Assembly: GCA_964515785.1 (NCBI GenBank)
Contig: CAZEWH010000004.1
Coordinates: forward strand, 3,105-67,104
Reading direction: 5' to 3'
DNA from: an uncultured Gammaproteobacteria bacterium
GTDB taxonomy: Bacteria > Patescibacteriota > Patescibacteriia > UBA1558 > GWA2-36-10
DNA: 64,000 bases
Numbering within the stretch: the stretch's first letter is position 1; every line of letters begins with the position of its first letter. This document shows positions 11,575 through 20,935 of the stretch, piece after piece. Below the pieces are notes generated by a model that worked only from the letters and a program-made list of their open reading frames with translations, ran no database searches and was not told where the DNA came from. A program made the position numbers and the translations under genes.

Positions 11575-12498
11575 TTAGGGGCGACCCATAGATAGCCAGA
11601 TAGCCATCCATAAGAATTGCGGTACCCAATGAGACACAGAGAAATCATCCTGCCATTGCTCGGTATGGCTAAAAAATCCTGCCATATTGAGATCCAGAAA
11701 AACCCTAGCTGAAACATCACCTTTGTGAGCAGCCATGGCAATCGGCCAAAAATGCATAGCACGCCAACCAGCCTGATGACAAGTCTCTGCAGTGACATCT
11801 TGATACTCAATATCATCAAGTCTCAAGATTGCTGAATCTTGACGCTCCAGCAAAAAGTCAATCACTGTCAGTACAGATGGTAGATGAACAAAATCTCTTT
11901 CCTGGACCGGATGAGAACAGATGGATTCTCTAGATTCTTCGATGAAATCGTCGTACAGACCATAGAGAATACCCAATGATCCAGAACTTGGCTGACTCAT
12001 CAACAACAAACAATAAGTCAATAGCCAAGAATCATGCTGTCGAGAAAAGAAAATCTGCGGCTGATTGAAACTAACTTGCAACCAAGCAACTAAATGCTGC
12101 TCGACCAAGTCATGTAAAGCTTCTAGGTGCGGCTGTGGCCCATAACCCTTACGCTTTAATAACTCATTGCTCAACAAGAGCCACCAAGCCTGACCATAGG
12201 GCATTTCCCAATGAGGATTGTCCTCTAGCCAATGAATCTCAGCTACAGTGTCACCAGGCCGCAAACGAGCCAACATTTGATAACGCAAGTTAGTATCATC
12301 AGTCACTCGCGCCATACAATGCAAAGCCCAATGAGCATGCACTGCAGAGTGCCAATCATAGCAACCAGCAAATACACCGGTAGCTCCGTGCCCTAGACCA
12401 CAGTGTGGCTGGTGAGTAATAATGCTTTTGAGCATGATTGCTCTGAGTTTTTCGATCTGTTCAGTTTTCTGTCCACCCAAAATAGCGACCTCGGCCAT
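11575..12498 (-). CDS. DUF2891-like protein
   Basis: GCYDWHSAVHAHW, EMPYGQAW and SHWVPQF motifs; start placed at ATG 12498 after AGGAGG. Confidence 0.75.
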   Translation of the reverse strand: MAEVAILGGQKTEQIEKLRAIMLKSIITHQPHCGLGHGATGVFAGCYDWHSAVHAHWALHCMARVTDDTNLRYQMLARLRPGDTVAEIHWLEDNPHWEMPYGQAWWLLLSNELLKRKGYGPQPHLEALHDLVEQHLVAWLQVSFNQPQIFFSRQHDSWLLTYCLLLMSQPSSGSLGILYGLYDDFIEESRESICSHPVQERDFVHLPSVLTVIDFLLERQDSAILRLDDIEYQDVTAETCHQAGWRAMHFWPIAMAAHKGDVSARVFLDLNMAGFFSHTEQWQDDFSVSHWVPQFLWMAIWLSMGRP

Positions 12499-12605
12499 AT
12501 CCCCCTCCTTGATGGTTTTGTGAAATGTACAGTGATTATTCAAAAATTATCATAAGCTAAATCTTTGGTCAATACAAAAATCTCACTATAAGTGAGATTT
12601 TCAAT

Positions 12606-12953
12606 TTATTTCTTCTTTAATTCTTTAATAGATCGCTTGAGGCTTTTTATTTCTTTGAGTATTTCTTCAGCCAGCTCTGCCGAACGCAGATCAGCCTGTA
12701 GATCTGCCTCATCACGTATATCATCACGCATATTTTGTTTATTTTGAGCCATCAATAATAATACCATCAAAATAATAGCCTCTAATGAAACAATCATAGT
12801 CAGTGCATTGACATCTATATCAAAAGCCAACCAAATCCAAAACCAAATTACATGAACAATCAAAAACAACCAAGATCCTACTAGATTATTCATGGAGTCA
12901 ATAAATTGGAATTTTCTTAATTTTTGCAAAGCTAATAATTTTTTTCTAGGCAT
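12606..12953 (-). CDS. DUF1003-like membrane protein
   Basis: GSWLFLIVHVIWFWIW...LTMIVSLEAIIL...MAQN. Confidence 0.75.
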   Translation of the reverse strand: MPRKKLLALQKLRKFQFIDSMNNLVGSWLFLIVHVIWFWIWLAFDIDVNALTMIVSLEAIILMVLLLMAQNKQNMRDDIRDEADLQADLRSAELAEEILKEIKSLKRSIKELKKK

Positions 12954-13038
12954 ATCTATATAATACTATATATTGACAAAAAAATAAATATATATTAGAT
13001 TAATTAATCGTTTTGTACTTTTTCAGGAAGGATCCAAA

Positions 13039-13413
13039 ATGCCAAAAAAACAAAGACTTATCAAAATCTTTGTTTGGCCATCGATCTGGTTAACTTTACT
13101 ATGGTTTGCCTATCTAGGCATACCCAAGACAGATACCTACAAAAATATTGTAGGTCATTGTAAACAATATGAATCATGTCCAAACTGTACTGACAGTTTT
13201 TACTGGAAAGAGTATGGTTTTCTTTTCTCTGTCACTGCAACTGGCTATCACAAAGTAAATCTATGTAACGAATGTCTACAAGACATTCCCAAACTAGATG
13301 CTGATAAAATTGAACAACGATTGTTGTTCCAAAACTATAGCGAACGCAAAGCTCTCCTAGCCAAAATTACTGTCCTTTTAAACCAACTACCACCTCCGCC
13401 AGACTCTCAATAA
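13039..13413 (+). CDS. hypothetical membrane-anchored CxxC protein (orphan unit)
   Basis: TM helix, CPNC and CNEC; own promoter TTGACA 12973. Confidence 0.7.
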   Translation: MPKKQRLIKIFVWPSIWLTLLWFAYLGIPKTDTYKNIVGHCKQYESCPNCTDSFYWKEYGFLFSVTATGYHKVNLCNECLQDIPKLDADKIEQRLLFQNYSERKALLAKITVLLNQLPPPPDSQ

Positions 13414-13521
13414 AATTTATTGGGAGTTTTTATTTAGAATTGACAAATATATACATTTATACTAATATCTCTTGATGGTTCAAAAACCATTATTGTCCCT
13501 TTTCTACCAAAGGAGTTCTTC

Positions 13522-13917
13522 ATGAGCAAAGACACTCGCAAACTGCCGCCGGCCTTACAAGCACATCCCCTGGCCCACATCTTTTCGGCAGCTCTCGATC
13601 TGGGTGAGATCGCTATCACCTCGGGTACTCTACCGGATATCGCCGATGGTCAGCCCAAAAGCAGCGACTTCCGTGAACAAGCCGAACAAGCCTTTCGCAA
13701 CATGCTCAATGTCTTGGCTGCTTGCGGTCAAAACGAACACAATCTAGCCTTTGTAGTCATCATGTTGGCCTGCGATATCGATTCACATTACGGACCGCTC
13801 AACGAAGTTTGGGGCGAAATCATGGGTGAAACCAATCCCAAGCCCTGTCGAGCCGCTTTCCAGGTGGTCAAGCTACCTCTCGGTGCTATGATCGAAGTGA
13901 TTGGTATTACTCGCTAG
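13522..13917 (+). CDS. RidA/YjgF family protein
   Basis: SGTLP, EQAEQAFRNM, PCRAAFQVVKLPLGAMIEV; SD AAGGAG. Confidence 0.9.
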   Translation: MSKDTRKLPPALQAHPLAHIFSAALDLGEIAITSGTLPDIADGQPKSSDFREQAEQAFRNMLNVLAACGQNEHNLAFVVIMLACDIDSHYGPLNEVWGEIMGETNPKPCRAAFQVVKLPLGAMIEVIGITR

Positions 13918-14003
13918 ATCTATACCCCCCCCTTAATATTTAAGGGGGATTTTTTTAATCAAAAAACCCGTCTTTTGACGGGGATTAATATTTTTAAAAA
14001 AAT

Positions 14004-14210
14004 TTATTTTCTGCCTAGCTTATTTAAAACAAAAATAATATAAACACTAGCTAGACCAACTAAAGTATAAAGCACTCTAGTAAAGGCTGAATTTTCTCCG
14101 AATAAAATAGCTAATAAATCAAAATCAAACAAACCAACTAAACCCCAATTGAGACCGCCAATAATCAATAAAATAATAGCTATCCAATTTAAACCGCTTA
14201 GTTTATTCAT
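14004..14210 (-). CDS. DUF378 membrane protein
   Basis: IIGGLNWGLVGLFDFDL...YTLVGLA. Confidence 0.85.
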   Translation of the reverse strand: MNKLSGLNWIAIILLIIGGLNWGLVGLFDFDLLAILFGENSAFTRVLYTLVGLASVYIIFVLNKLGRK

Positions 14211-14213
14211 ATA

Positions 14214-14303
14214 CTATTTATTCTTAAATCTGTTACGACGTTTTAGCTTTTTACGACGACGTCTTTTGACAGATAATCTTTTGTTCTTTAATTTTGTTCC
14301 CAT
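14214..14303 (-). CDS. 29-aa highly basic small protein
   Basis: MGTKLKNKRLSVKRRRRKKLKRRNRFKNK*; upstream promoter-like TTGACA at 14350-14355 (minus); stop 3 nt before the DUF378 start. Confidence 0.6.
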   Translation of the reverse strand: MGTKLKNKRLSVKRRRRKKLKRRNRFKNK

Positions 14304-14364
14304 TTATATATTATTTTTACCGTGATAATGTATCAAATATCAGACTTTTTGTCAATAATGAAGG

Positions 14365-14441
14365 TGGTCGTCCTGCCGGGACTTGAACCCGGGACCCCCA
14401 CTTTATAAGAGTGGTGCTCTAACCGACTGAGCTACAGGACG
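14365..14441 (-). tRNA. tRNA-Ile, anticodon UAU
   Basis: CGTCCTGTAGCTCAGTCGGTTAGAGCACCACT-CTTATAA-AGTGGGGGTCCCGGGTTCAAGTCCCGGCAGGACGACCA; 7-bp acceptor stem, TTCAA T-loop, encoded CCA. Confidence 0.95.
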
Positions 14442-14514
14442 AAACATAGATATTATAGAGCAAGTTGCAAATTTTGTGAACCCGTCTCGCCGTAGCGTAG
14501 CCGAGGCGGAGCAA

Positions 14515-15624
14515 CTAAGCGCTATTTATTATATTTAATTTATCCTGTATTTTACGACTAATTAGCTCACGAGTTCTTTCTAGGTCTTTATCAATCACTA
14601 ATTTACAAAATTGACGATCACCACTAGCTCCTAGTTCACTGGTTAATTCCAGACAATTAATATTACTAATACTATAAAACCAAATTTCTGTTTGATTGAC
14701 TTCTAATTGGTACAAGATCATAGCCACCTGTCCTCCAGGCGTTGCCAAGATCAAATCTTTGACCATTTCTTGGAGATCTTGTGGTAGCTTATCTGTTTCG
14801 TCATATTGCAAATGAGAAATAAGTAAATTACCTGATTTTTGTAAACGAGACAAGACTTTACCCCAATTTTTCAAAGTATCAATATCTTTGGTGCGATACA
14901 AACATTCGATAATCTTGGCTCTATCTGCGCCTTTGATAATCAACTGACTAGCTAAACTCAAAGCATCGGGAGTAACTTGCGGAGATTGAAAACTATTGGT
15001 CGCTGAGATCATACCAGCTAGTAAACAAGTGGCCATATCTTTATCTAGATATTTCTGTAAAGCATGATAAGAAATCTCTGCTAAAGATGTAGAGGCAGTT
15101 TCAACAATGTTGACTTCACCAAAATTTTCATTGACTACTGAACGATCAATATTGATAAGAGGCACTTGATGAAAAAAATGACGGTGTTCTGAAAACACTC
15201 GTCCTAATGACTCTAAACTATGAGCTCCCAAAGAAATAACTAAATCATACTTATACTCTCCTCTTTCAGTTTTGACATCTTTAGATTCAAAAACACCATC
15301 TTCAGGAATAATATTAATTTCTAATTTATCATTTTTAACATCATAGCTAAGTTGTTTGACACTGGTTTGAGAAGTGTCCAAAACAATTTTAAATTTATTC
15401 AAATTACTTAAATCGTTTTTAAAATCAATTTTATTTGGTAAAAATTTTAGTTTAGAAATTTGACCATCAAAAATCACATCAACTTGTTTTGACTGCATTT
15501 GTAAAAAAACCCACCAGGCAGCTGCACTAGAGAGAATATCAATACTGGGATTTTGCGCTCCAGTCAACAAAATCCTATTACTAGAGTTCAAAATCTTACT
15601 TAATTGTTTGTTTGGTAACTCCAT
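14515..15624 (-). CDS. degenerate DHH/NrnA-like protein
   Basis: DHH-family pattern (NPSIDIL, GMISATNSFQ), but INIDRS in place of IDHH. Confidence 0.75.
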   Translation of the reverse strand: MELPNKQLSKILNSSNRILLTGAQNPSIDILSSAAAWWVFLQMQSKQVDVIFDGQISKLKFLPNKIDFKNDLSNLNKFKIVLDTSQTSVKQLSYDVKNDKLEINIIPEDGVFESKDVKTERGEYKYDLVISLGAHSLESLGRVFSEHRHFFHQVPLINIDRSVVNENFGEVNIVETASTSLAEISYHALQKYLDKDMATCLLAGMISATNSFQSPQVTPDALSLASQLIIKGADRAKIIECLYRTKDIDTLKNWGKVLSRLQKSGNLLISHLQYDETDKLPQDLQEMVKDLILATPGGQVAMILYQLEVNQTEIWFYSISNINCLELTSELGASGDRQFCKLVIDKDLERTRELISRKIQDKLNIINSA

Positions 15625-15772
15625 AAACAATATCAGATAACTATATAATCTATATTATTTAAGCTTTTTTGTCAATCTTTGAAGAGATCACTACCAATAT
15701 AAAAATTATACCATAATCATTGACTTTTTTTATAAAATCTAGTAAAGTTAGGACAAATTTACAGACAAAATT

Positions 15773-17737
15773 ATGAATGTTACAGCTTTAGCTAGACAAT
15801 TGAAAGTTACTACAGCCGAGTTACTGGAACAATTACCAGGGCTTGGTTTTGATATTGGTGCTAGGGCTATCAAAGTAGATGATAAATTGGTCCCAAAAAT
15901 AGTCTCTGCTTGGAAAAAATCACAAAAAAAAGCTGCCTTTAAAAAAGATTTAGAATCAGTTACTGAAATCCGTGATGATCAACCAAAGACCAAAGAACTA
16001 GACAAAGAAATTGCTATTTCAGAAACTATCATTGTCAAAGATATGGCTGAAATGATGGATCTGCCGGTAGCCCGTCTAATGGCTGAACTTATGAAAAATG
16101 GCATTATGGTCTCACTCAATGAAAAAATAGATTTTGACACTGCTACTATTATTGGAGAAGATCTAGGTTTTAAAGTCACCAGATCAGATACCGAAGCAGC
16201 TGAAGAAATGAGCAAACGTGAACATCTAGAATCTTTACTCAAAAAACGTCCTGGCAAAGATACTAAGCCGCCAGTAGTTGTAGTCATGGGCCATGTTGAT
16301 CATGGTAAAACAAAATTACTTGATGCTGTCAGAGCTACAAATGTAGTAGATCAAGAAGCTGGTGGTATTACTCAGCATATTGGTGCTTATCAAGTAAAGG
16401 CTCATGATAGATTAATTACTTTTTTGGATACTCCTGGTCATGAAGCTTTCAAAGCTATGCGTTCTCGCGGTGGTCAAATCGCTGATGTAGCTATCTTGGT
16501 AGTAGCAGCTGACGACGGCTTACAACCACAAACTCTAGAGAGTATCTCAGTTATCCAAAAAGAAAAATTACCTTTTGTAGTAGCTATAAACAAAATCGAC
16601 AAAGAAAACGCTGATATAGAAAAAGTCAAAAAAGATTTGTCTGAAATCAATCTACTCCCAGAAGACTGGGGTGGAAAAACTATTTGCCAAGAAATCTCTG
16701 CCAAGTTTAATAAAAATATTACAGAATTACTAGACACTATTTTATTGGTAGCTGATATGGAAGATCTTAAAGCAGATAGTGAAGGCTTAGCTGTTGGTAC
16801 TATTATTGAATCACATGTAGATAAAAGCGAAGGTCCAGTAGCTACAGTATTGGTACAGGCTGGTACTTTAGATATTAGCGATATGTTTGTAGTTGGAGAT
16901 GTGCCAGGTAAAATAAAAATCTTACGAGATTGGAAAGGTAATGATGTCAAAGCTGCTGGCCCTGCTACTCCTATCAAAATCTTAGGTCTAAAACAATTAC
17001 CAAAAGTTGGAGAAATTTTGGAAGAAATCAGTGATAAAAAAGAATTTAAAGCTAAACTAAAAGACGCTAAAGCTAAAATAACATCTGCTAGACCAAGTGC
17101 TAATAAAAATGGAAACGATGAAGAAGAAGATGAAATTAAAACTCTAAACCTGATAATCAAATCAGATGTCATGGGCTCAGCTGAGGCCATCGAAGAATCT
17201 TTAGCTCAACTAAATACTGAAGATATAAAAATAAAAATACTCAAAAAAGGCCTGGGACAAATCACTGAAACTGATATCCTCAATGCTGAAGCCACTGGAG
17301 CAATAGTAATTGGTTTTCATATCAAAGAAAATAAAAACATGCAATTATTAGCTGACGAAAAACAAGTTATATTATTACATTTTGATATTATTTATAAACT
17401 ACTTGAAGATATAGAAGAAAGATTGAAAATTGCCAAAGGCAAAAAAACTATTCATAAATTAGTCGGTAAACTGAAAGTTTTGGCTGTTTTCAAAACTACT
17501 AAAGGCGGCATGATTTTTGGCGGTAAGGTTATAGAAGGCAAAGCTACTAAAACTTCAAAAATCAAAGTCTTGAAAAATGATGAAGTCGAAACTATCGGTG
17601 AAATGATAAATCTTCAAGCAGCCAAAGAAGATGTGGCTGAAGTAGTCGAAGGTCAAGAAGCTGGTATAGAGTACAAAGGCGAACCTATTATTGAAGCTGG
17701 CGATACCTTAGAGTTTTTTGAAGAAACTTATGAGTAA
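15773..17737 (+). CDS. infB: translation initiation factor IF-2
   Basis: GHVDHGKT, DTPGHEAF, NKID. Confidence 0.98.
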   Translation: MNVTALARQLKVTTAELLEQLPGLGFDIGARAIKVDDKLVPKIVSAWKKSQKKAAFKKDLESVTEIRDDQPKTKELDKEIAISETIIVKDMAEMMDLPVARLMAELMKNGIMVSLNEKIDFDTATIIGEDLGFKVTRSDTEAAEEMSKREHLESLLKKRPGKDTKPPVVVVMGHVDHGKTKLLDAVRATNVVDQEAGGITQHIGAYQVKAHDRLITFLDTPGHEAFKAMRSRGGQIADVAILVVAADDGLQPQTLESISVIQKEKLPFVVAINKIDKENADIEKVKKDLSEINLLPEDWGGKTICQEISAKFNKNITELLDTILLVADMEDLKADSEGLAVGTIIESHVDKSEGPVATVLVQAGTLDISDMFVVGDVPGKIKILRDWKGNDVKAAGPATPIKILGLKQLPKVGEILEEISDKKEFKAKLKDAKAKITSARPSANKNGNDEEEDEIKTLNLIIKSDVMGSAEAIEESLAQLNTEDIKIKILKKGLGQITETDILNAEATGAIVIGFHIKENKNMQLLADEKQVILLHFDIIYKLLEDIEERLKIAKGKKTIHKLVGKLKVLAVFKTTKGGMIFGGKVIEGKATKTSKIKVLKNDEVETIGEMINLQAAKEDVAEVVEGQEAGIEYKGEPIIEAGDTLEFFEETYE

Positions 17738-18056
17738 ACGAACAGAACAGGTAGCTGAATTATTACGTCTAGAAACCAACAATATTTTGGTCAGAGATTT
17801 TGAACCACCACAGGGTTGTCTAGTCTCTGTCACACGTATTACTATCTCCCCTGATCTTAAAAATGCTACAGCTTATCTGAGTGTCATTCCTGACAATAAG
17901 CTCGGCAGCGCTTTATCAGCAGTCAAAAAATTTAATGGACATATTGAAAGAGAACTCAATAAAAAAATCGTCACTAAGATAGTCCCTCGACTACATTGGC
18001 AGATAGACGATACTGATCTCAAATACAAAGCAATAGATGAAGCTTTAAACAATTAA
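17730..18056 (+). CDS. rbfA: ribosome-binding factor A
   Basis: MSKRTEQVAELLR...SPDLKNA...VPRLHW; directly follows infB. Confidence 0.9.
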   Translation: MSKRTEQVAELLRLETNNILVRDFEPPQGCLVSVTRITISPDLKNATAYLSVIPDNKLGSALSAVKKFNGHIERELNKKIVTKIVPRLHWQIDDTDLKYKAIDEALNN

Positions 18057-18111
18057 AAAAGTCACTTATTAAAAAGTGACTTTTTATAAAAAATTAATTT
18101 AAATTAAAAAT

Positions 18112-18699
18112 ATGCAAAAAATAATACTAGCCTCTAGTTCACCTAGACGCAAAGAATTACTCACACAAATTATTGGTGATAATTTTGAAATAATAACTGG
18201 CTCTTATGAAGAAGATAATACTCTTGCCATGGCCCCCAAAGATTTGGTCATGAAACATGCTTTAGCCAAAGGCAAAGATGTAGCTAAAAACCTCAAACAA
18301 GGCATCATTATATCAGCTGATACTTTGATTGTTCATAACAATGCTGTTTTGGGAAAATCTGGCAATCCTCAAGAAGCCAAAAAAGCTCTACAAAAAATAA
18401 ACGGCCAAGATATTAGTTGCATCACTGGTCTAGCTGTCATTGATATTAAAAATAAAAAAGAAATAGTAGATTTTGAATCTACAGATATGAAAATGAAGCA
18501 TATAAGCGAAGCAGAAATCGATAAATATATTGAAAGTGAAAAACCATTTGATCTAGCGGGCTCTTTTGCTATGCAAAAAAAGGGGGCTGTTTTTGTAGAA
18601 AAAATCAACGGCTGTTATTTTAATATAATAGGTTTACCTTTACATAAACTCAATAATATTCTTCAGCAACTTGATATTTCAATTTTTGACAACAAATAA
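18112..18699 (+). CDS. maf: Maf family nucleotide pyrophosphatase
   Basis: ILASSSPRRKELL, SADT, NIIGLP. Confidence 0.92.
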   Translation: MQKIILASSSPRRKELLTQIIGDNFEIITGSYEEDNTLAMAPKDLVMKHALAKGKDVAKNLKQGIIISADTLIVHNNAVLGKSGNPQEAKKALQKINGQDISCITGLAVIDIKNKKEIVDFESTDMKMKHISEAEIDKYIESEKPFDLAGSFAMQKKGAVFVEKINGCYFNIIGLPLHKLNNILQQLDISIFDNK

Positions 18700-18733
18700 A
18701 AAACCCCACTTAATTAAAATGGGGCCACGATCA

Positions 18734-19120
18734 TCAATCGCTGACTTTGACCTCTTCCCAGGTCAGAAAACCATCATCAGTCAATGTAATGAGCCATCGC
18801 ATGCTATCAGGTTGGAATTGATTATCCTCGTTCAGCTCAACGACAGAGCTTAGCATCCACTTCTGGTGATGCTCATTCCAAAACATAATAACAGCGCGAT
18901 ATTGCCCTTCGTGACATTGGACCCACAACTCAGATACCTGGAGATAGGCGGATAATCTCTTCATTCCACCTGCAGCCAAGCTGTAGTCACTCAACTGTAC
19001 ATATTTGACTCGAAACGGCTGGATGTCAGATGCTTTTACATCTTCCTCAACACATTCTGCAAAAGTAAGTGTTGGAACAAGTAAAAAACAAAGAACAATA
19101 GTAATAAGTAATCTACTCAC
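18734..19120 (-). CDS. hypothetical secreted protein (orphan unit)
   Basis: Signal peptide, GTG start after AGGAGGT. Confidence 0.7.
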   Translation of the reverse strand: MSRLLITIVLCFLLVPTLTFAECVEEDVKASDIQPFRVKYVQLSDYSLAAGGMKRLSAYLQVSELWVQCHEGQYRAVIMFWNEHHQKWMLSSVVELNEDNQFQPDSMRWLITLTDDGFLTWEEVKVSD

Positions 19121-19247
19121 TTTGACCTCCTAGAAAAGATGAATGAACTAACTATCAATTATAAGATAGAAAAATATGATTATTTTGTCAATCTATATAA
19201 TAAAATAAAAAAACCTCTGTACACTGTACAGAGGTTTTTGCGCTGCT

Positions 19248-19778
19248 CTAGGCAGCCGCCTGATTGGCTTGGCGCTCGATAGCGCGTGCCATGGCCAGTA
19301 TGACCTTGTGAGTTTCGTACTTACCCCTATCCCAATTAAGCCTATCTGCCGCAAAAGCCTGCTGTGACGATTTGACTATTGTGATAGCGATAAAAGAGCC
19401 TGCACCCTTTTTATCAACATGAACACCGGCCAGAAGCATGTCATCACCGATCATTTCAGCAATGTCTTCATCCTTGTATTGCTTTCTTTGATCACCCTTG
19501 AGGAATTTGACATTCACACCTGCCTCCAGCAAAGCTTCGACAATCAGATTTCTCACTGAAGTTTGCTTACGGTCAGGCTTGAGTACTGCCACGTAGATCG
19601 TCTTACCAGCTACTATTTGCTCGGCCTTAGCCAAGTCCTCACGCTCACGATTCCTCTTTTTCCTCTTAGAGTGAGCTAGGGAAATTAACACAAGTAACCC
19701 CACTGGTATTAAAACCATTAAAAAACCCTGAGAAAACGGAACAAAGCCCTGCATAAAAGATTGGAAATATTCTGCCAT
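19248..19778 (-). CDS. hypothetical membrane-anchored protein (orphan unit)
   Basis: TM helix, SD GAGGTG, terminator at 19211-19238. Confidence 0.7.
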   Translation of the reverse strand: MAEYFQSFMQGFVPFSQGFLMVLIPVGLLVLISLAHSKRKKRNREREDLAKAEQIVAGKTIYVAVLKPDRKQTSVRNLIVEALLEAGVNVKFLKGDQRKQYKDEDIAEMIGDDMLLAGVHVDKKGAGSFIAITIVKSSQQAFAADRLNWDRGKYETHKVILAMARAIERQANQAAA

Positions 19779-19966
19779 GATTCACCTCTTGTCTAGCTCA
19801 CAGATCTATCACCCAGTTTTGGTGGGGTAGTTCTGAGGCCAACAATGTAAGGTACTCGCCATCCAGCTTTTGAATGACAAGATAGTCTATCATATATTGG
19901 CTATTTTGTCAAGATAAGCCCTATAATCATTGACTTGTTCATATATTTTCGCTATACTATTTTGTT

Positions 19967-20932
19967 ATGCAAAATCATAAAACTGCCAGTCATGATATCA
20001 AACAGCAAATAAAAGCTGCTGATAAAATACTCCTCATAGCCCATCAAAATCCAGATGGAGATTGTTTGGGTTCAGCCCTTGCTATGTATAGATATCTAGC
20101 TAGCTTAGATAAAAATGTGACTGTTTTTTGTAATCACAAATTACCAGCTAATTTCAACTTTTTGCCTGATACTGACAAACTAACTAATGATCACACTGTT
20201 TTTACACAAGAATATGATTTAGTAATAACAGTAGACACTGCAGCTTTACATCTGACTGGCATTGAAGAATTGCTTAAAATTATTCCTAATAAATATTTAT
20301 TTATTAACATAGATCATCATGTTTCTAACGAAAAATATGCTGATATTAATTTGATTATTTCTAGTGCTTCTTCTACAGCAGAAATGATCTATCGCCTCTT
20401 AAGAGATTGGCAATTCAAAATAGACGAAAAAACAGCTACAGCTTTAGCTTGTGGTATGATTACTGATACTGGTGGTTTTAAAAATCCAGCTACTACTTAT
20501 ACTTGTCTAGACATTGCTTCTGATTTGATCAATCAAGGTGCTAATATTCCTCAGATTATAAAAAACACAGTCAATGACACAAATATTACTCGCCTCCAAC
20601 TCTGGGGCCGAGCTTTAGAAAGATTGACCAAAGTAGATAAAAATAATCTAGTCTATACTTGGTTAACACTAAAAGATCTAGAAGAATGCCAAGCTGATGG
20701 CAATGCCAGTGAAGGTATATCCAATTTTTTGCATATCCTCAATGAAGGTAAAATCATCATGGTCTTGCAAGAAGCTGAAGATAATATTATCAAAGGCTCT
20801 CTTAGAACTACCAGTGATATAGATTTATCAAAGCTGGCAGCTATGATGGGTGGCGGTGGTCACAAAAAAGCAGCAGGTTTTTCCTTGCCAGGCCGCCTAC
20901 AATATGATAATAATAAGTTAAGAATAGTTTAA
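19967..20932 (+). CDS. nrnA: DHH family oligoribonuclease / pAp phosphatase NrnA
   Basis: HQNPDGD, IDHH, TDTG, GGGHKKAAG. Confidence 0.9.
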   Translation: MQNHKTASHDIKQQIKAADKILLIAHQNPDGDCLGSALAMYRYLASLDKNVTVFCNHKLPANFNFLPDTDKLTNDHTVFTQEYDLVITVDTAALHLTGIEELLKIIPNKYLFINIDHHVSNEKYADINLIISSASSTAEMIYRLLRDWQFKIDEKTATALACGMITDTGGFKNPATTYTCLDIASDLINQGANIPQIIKNTVNDTNITRLQLWGRALERLTKVDKNNLVYTWLTLKDLEECQADGNASEGISNFLHILNEGKIIMVLQEAEDNIIKGSLRTTSDIDLSKLAAMMGGGGHKKAAGFSLPGRLQYDNNKLRIV

Positions 20933-20935
20933 GAA

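Noticed and set aside
16474-17190. Long antisense ORFs (also 22862-23308, 34668-35072, 53682-54263, 28031-28294, 63577-63975)
   Set aside because: Shadows of well-supported opposite-strand genes, with no motifs or start signals.
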